Positions 59,832 to 64,000 of a DNA stretch of 64,000 nucleotides are shown in pieces. Position 1 is the stretch's first letter; every line of letters begins with the position of its first letter. The notes below the pieces were generated by a model, which worked only from the letters and a program-made list of their open reading frames with translations, was not told the origin of the DNA and made no database searches. The position numbers and the translations under genes are program-made. This stretch comes from Psammoneis japonica (Eukaryota), in NCBI GenBank assembly GCA_008632985.1, contig QPGO01000164.1, forward strand, positions 1 to 64,000, written 5' to 3'.

Positions 59832-60308
59832 GCTTCAGTAAAGCGTAGGCTCGAGCAGTGCTTGACTTGTGAAGCTTCAGATACCTACCATTTTGCTGAT
59901 GCAGTAGACAAGCTGGGGGATTAGAACATGTAAGATAGTAATATAAGTACCAACAAACATAAAAAGTCGTGATGTCGTGATTAGCAGGGATAGAGGGAGA
60001 GCGCAGCACTCGCCAACACCCAGATGACTTATTGGAAAGTGAGAAAGGGCTGATCATTAATATTTCTGCACTGCAGATAGTTTTCCACAATGACTATACT
60101 TTCCAATGACACCGTGGGGCTGACGGTTCAACTTTCGGGACTCATGTGAGATCAAGTAGTTTGTTATTCGCCTCCCTGAGACGTGTCGGTGAGAGCATTA
60201 TTCTCTCCTCTGTGTTGGTTTCCGTTACGCACTATCTTTTCTGAATGATACTCCTGTAGCATTGTTACGCGAAAGACAACTGATATCTACGTATAGGAGG
60301 TACGTAAC

Positions 60309-60868
60309 CTATCCACCAGATGATTCAGTACTTGATGATGATTCCTTTTGGTATCGTTTCAAGGATTCTTTTTCATAATCTTGTAATTCTGCTTGAAAAG
60401 CCCTTTTTGCTGATTTCATTACAAAACACCCTAATAACTTGATCCATATGGAAGAAGAGGCAATTGCAAAGGTACCAATAAGCCGACAAGATTCAGAACG
60501 GGTAGGCTCCACCATCAATGTACTGGTGTTTGTAATGTCTGCCACTGCAGACCCCTCGTCAAAATGTATATGAATGTGAACCTCATAGGATGGATCTCCA
60601 GTACTGTTGATTTCGGTTATAGTCTTGTTCAAAATCCCCTCGTCACCACGACAAACACGATGCTCTTTCCACTTGGTTCCCACATCAAACAACGTCCCGC
60701 CGGTTATTCGTTCCACAGTTTCGACAGAAGAGAGAAAGGATGGAGAGGCATCCAGATCCGAAATGACTTGCCATACAATGTGAGAAGGAGCATCAATGTC
60801 CACACTGGCCACCGCCGTGAGACCAGACCAACAGGGACAGCAGCGCAGCAGCACGAGCCCATCATCAT
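60309..60868 (-). CDS. SRPBCC/polyketide cyclase-like (START superfamily) protein (frame break near 60845)
   Basis: ASVDIDAPSHIVWQVISDLD..P.F.S.V..VERI...F.VGTKWKE.R. The degenerate copy at 2464 reads MMGSCCPCW in frame. Confidence 0.75.
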
Positions 60869-61539
60869 GGTCGCGTTGTCGTTGTGAGTTTCAATCATTT
60901 TCAATGGAGTTTTGACAAAACGACTCCTTTTTTGTATTTTTCTGCTTTTCGTGAAAAGCGAACGAACGCAGAGACATTGCTCTTGACGTCATAGTGACGT
61001 GATTGGACGTTTCCGTTTTTTTACTGTACTCGATTTACTGTGGAGGTAGACGGAAAGAATACAACTCGGAGTGCAACTGTGTAGGGTCTAGTACTTATCC
61101 TACGGCGTCACCAGGAAAGCACAGACACCGACTTCCGCTACATCAACCTACAGCACCCTCCAAGCGCAGCGGCGAAGACAACAAAAATAAAAAGGAAATG
61201 ATCGTGACAATGGCCTACTTTGCGTTGCCGATATCTACATCTACTTTTGACTTATTTTCCCGTTTCTTTTCATAGTATTCGGAGATTTTATACAAGGAAC
61301 ATGATGGGCCAGTGGCATTGGCGTCGAGTTCATTCCGTCGAGTCGGATTTGTCGCTGAAGGTGCGGTGCACACAGTGAGAATGGATCATCAACATGACGG
61401 ATTTTTGTGATATGCTATTGTATCTTTGGTGCTGTTTCTCACTTCTTGTCATTATTTCGACTTTTGTGCCATGAGATGTCCACAGGGCTTGGGTTTTTTT
61501 GGTGCTGACTTGCTCTTCGGAGCTTGTCGTTGAACAACC

Positions 61540-61927
61540 AAAAATGAGTTTCAACTGGAATTTATGGTCAAGAGTTGGCGGCGGTGATATCTCAACATCT
61601 CTTTGGCAGATTTTCGCGATTCTTGTTTCATTTTCAATGGAAATTGCACAAGGAATCCAACAGGCTTGGTTTTGTTGTTCAAAATTTCATTCTACAGATG
61701 GATTCATCCCAAATGATGCTTCAATTGGAACGGACACTCCAGCAATGTCATCGATTGAAAAAGGAAGACTACAAGCTGCGATTCTGCCTTGTTGTCAGAA
61801 GAATGAGGTCGTGGAAGCACTGTCGAGCCATGACATTTGTAAAGACGTGATCCCAATGGAAATGGGCGGGACGTGCAAACATTGTCACTCAGAATGGATG
61901 AAGAATGTTGCGGTAAAGCTAAAGTAA
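61540..61927 (+). pseudogene. Possible CRAL-TRIO-like C-terminal fragment
   Basis: Ends EVVEALSSHDICKDVIPMEMGGT, reminiscent of L(P)xExGG termini; locally TpA-poor. Confidence 0.25.
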
Positions 61928-62466
61928 AATTAAGATTTCCACTCTTGTGCTGCTCTATGTGGGCCTCTATCGAGCCTCCAGTGACAACTCGCAAGTGGCG
62001 CTGGAGCCCTCCTTTAGATTCATCCACCGCTTGACGTCGCAGGGGGTTGTTTGAAGTGGCCTCTGGTTGGTGAACTCTTGTTCACATTGACAAGTCACCC
62101 CGTCAAGAAATGACATGAGTGCAGTCAAGGTTGGTTTTAGACGGCGCGTTCTCCGTTGTATTGTTGTATAAATCGATCAGAACTGCGACGGACCATGCAA
62201 CAAATCGGTTGTTTCGATGCGGAAAAAATTCCCGTGCTTCCTCCACAAAAGCACGGAAGGTACGGTCGCCGAAGAGGGGTAAGGGTCAGTACAACGTGTA
62301 GAATTCAACGGAGGAATACAACATGGGTTGTATTCCCGGGATAATGTANGTATGAATACGGTATGTATCGCTCCACGCCACATCCACGCTCCACTCCACA
62401 CTGCCATCTATTTTCAACTTCTACCATGGGCCATTCGCCGTTAGGTTCTCCACCACCAGAGAGACC

Positions 62467-63491
62467 ATGGACAACCGACACAATGCTGAAGCACAATACC
62501 AGAACTCTCATAAAACCTCCTCTATAACGGTTCTGTTACTTTGTGGCCTACCAGCTTCGGGTAAATCAACGATGGCGCAGTTTCTCATGCAAGGCAAAAG
62601 CAAAGAATTCTTGGGGTTTGATAATGTTGTGCATGTGGAATACGATGAGCTTGTGGATCAAGAGCTGTTCAATACTATGAATGGCGCTGAAGGATCTGAT
62701 GTCAGTTTTGAAGAGTTTAACGACGAGTCATTGAAAGCATGGAAAACTACTCGTCAAAGAGCTTTGCAGAGCCTTGACGTTATACTTGACAAGTTCCGTA
62801 TAGACGACGAAAACCGCCGAGACCTTGTTATAATGGACGATAACTTTTATCTACGATCCATGAGACGAAATGTATACTCATTGTGTCAGAAGCACAGTGC
62901 TAAATCACTGTGTACTACGCCACCATTTGGGTGGATCGAACCGTGAAATCCTGTCTCGAGCTAAACACAACGAGAACAGGATCGCGATGCATACCCAACG
63001 AGGTGATTGAGAAAATGAATGATGCAATGGAACCGCCTGATACCAAGAAAGCGTCGTGGGAAACATGCTCGTTGCAAATTAATGCAACATTGGTGCCTAC
63101 TGCTGGTCTCGACAGTGATGATTTGGTTTTGAAACAAACTCAAGACTTGGTGTCACGAGCCGCGCAACACCCGGTGCAACCCGTGAATACGGTTGACTTG
63201 GAATTGTTGCAACAAGAGAGACAAGCAACACTAGATTCACGATTGCACTCGTACGATGGTTTGCTGCGTTCTTGGGTCGGTTTGGTTGCGCAACGAGACA
63301 AAACCAAAGCCTCGTTAGCGAATACCGCACGAAAGGAAATCATGCAGAAACTCAGACTTGAGCCACAAACGGAACCCAAAAAAGTCATGGCTTGGTTCTT
63401 GGACGCAATGAAAGGTTCATGGCGTGATGATTCAGCTCAAGCAGAACTTGCTCTTGACTTGGAAAAGAGTTTGGAGGGGACAAATCTATGA
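62467..63491 (+). CDS. PSTK: L-seryl-tRNA(Sec) kinase-like P-loop kinase (frame break near 62910)
   Basis: LCGLPASGKST, HVEYDE, VIMDDNFYLRSMR, CLELN..R, IPNEVIEKM...MEPP...SWE. Confidence 0.8.
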
Positions 63492-64000
63492 GCGTACTAC
63501 ACGGAGCAGGAGTTTTGCGATATTATACGATTTGCGAGGCTGGTCCAAATGTCGCTCCAGGGACTCGCAATGTCGCAAGCCCGCGGCTTTGTATGTCTAT
63601 CCAGCCTTTATGTTTGTGTGATTTCTCCCGAGGATACTTGCAGTGTTGTCTGATTTTCTCCCATAGTCATCGGTGAGGAAGCACCATCACGACGAATCCA
63701 ACAAGTGCCAGCCACGTTTTCCCATGTAATCCACATTCAAGTTGAAATGGGACAGTTTTGAAAGATTGTTAAAATTTACCTGTCTCAATAACTCGCTCAT
63801 TCGAACTAGGAGGGTTCTCTCTTTCTATAGTTAATTGAAAAGAAAGAAAGAACAGTGGCGCTAATTAGTATTCTCTTTCTTGTGCCACTTTACCACGTCG
63901 TCGTATTTCATATCTCCACCAAAGCAGTCGAGCGCGCTTCCAATCGTTAGGTCCACCTTGCCACCACCTAGTTTGTTCACCTGGTCCATATCCTCCATGG

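Noticed and set aside
62313..62336. Perfect 10-bp hairpin (GGAATACAAC-atgg-GTTGTATTCC) upstream of PSTK as tRNA-Sec, SECIS or Helitron end
   Set aside because: No cloverleaf, SECIS core or CTRR terminus; an ambiguous base lies nearby; may be chance.

Overview
Eukaryotic nuclear DNA, most likely a diatom. The evidence is GT-AG introns, signal peptide + 'A/G-F' bipartite plastid-targeting starts, and diatom-type copia and LINE remnants. The window alternates between two kinds of sequence. (1) Intact gene islands: RsuA/RluB pseudouridine synthase, M48 peptidase, type I asparaginase, FkbM-like methyltransferase, a protein with five CENP-C-motif-like repeats, an LRR protein, a nuclease-kinase, STT3, ArfGAP, a GT15-like glycosyltransferase, a TDP2-like EEP enzyme, a coiled-coil protein, an SRPBCC protein and PSTK. 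(2) Multi-kb blocks almost devoid of TpA and usually CpG, and very rich in TpG/CpA. These blocks hold transposon relics and copies of host genes whose intact versions lie in the same window. By-eye alignment of those pairs shows a directional, domain-restricted hypermutation: TpA->TpG/CpA (A->G mainly in TAY, on both strands) plus CpG->TpG/CpA. The TpA change runs opposite to fungal RIP, and I know of no described mechanism for it; this is the main candidate novel system. A bacterial-style NRPS (A-T-C-T-E-serine beta-lactamase/PBP) appears caught part-way through the process, with conserved Tyr turned to Cys/His while CpG is largely kept. Many otherwise intact genes carry single 1-2 bp frameshifts that look like assembly errors. 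All alignments and counts were done by eye.
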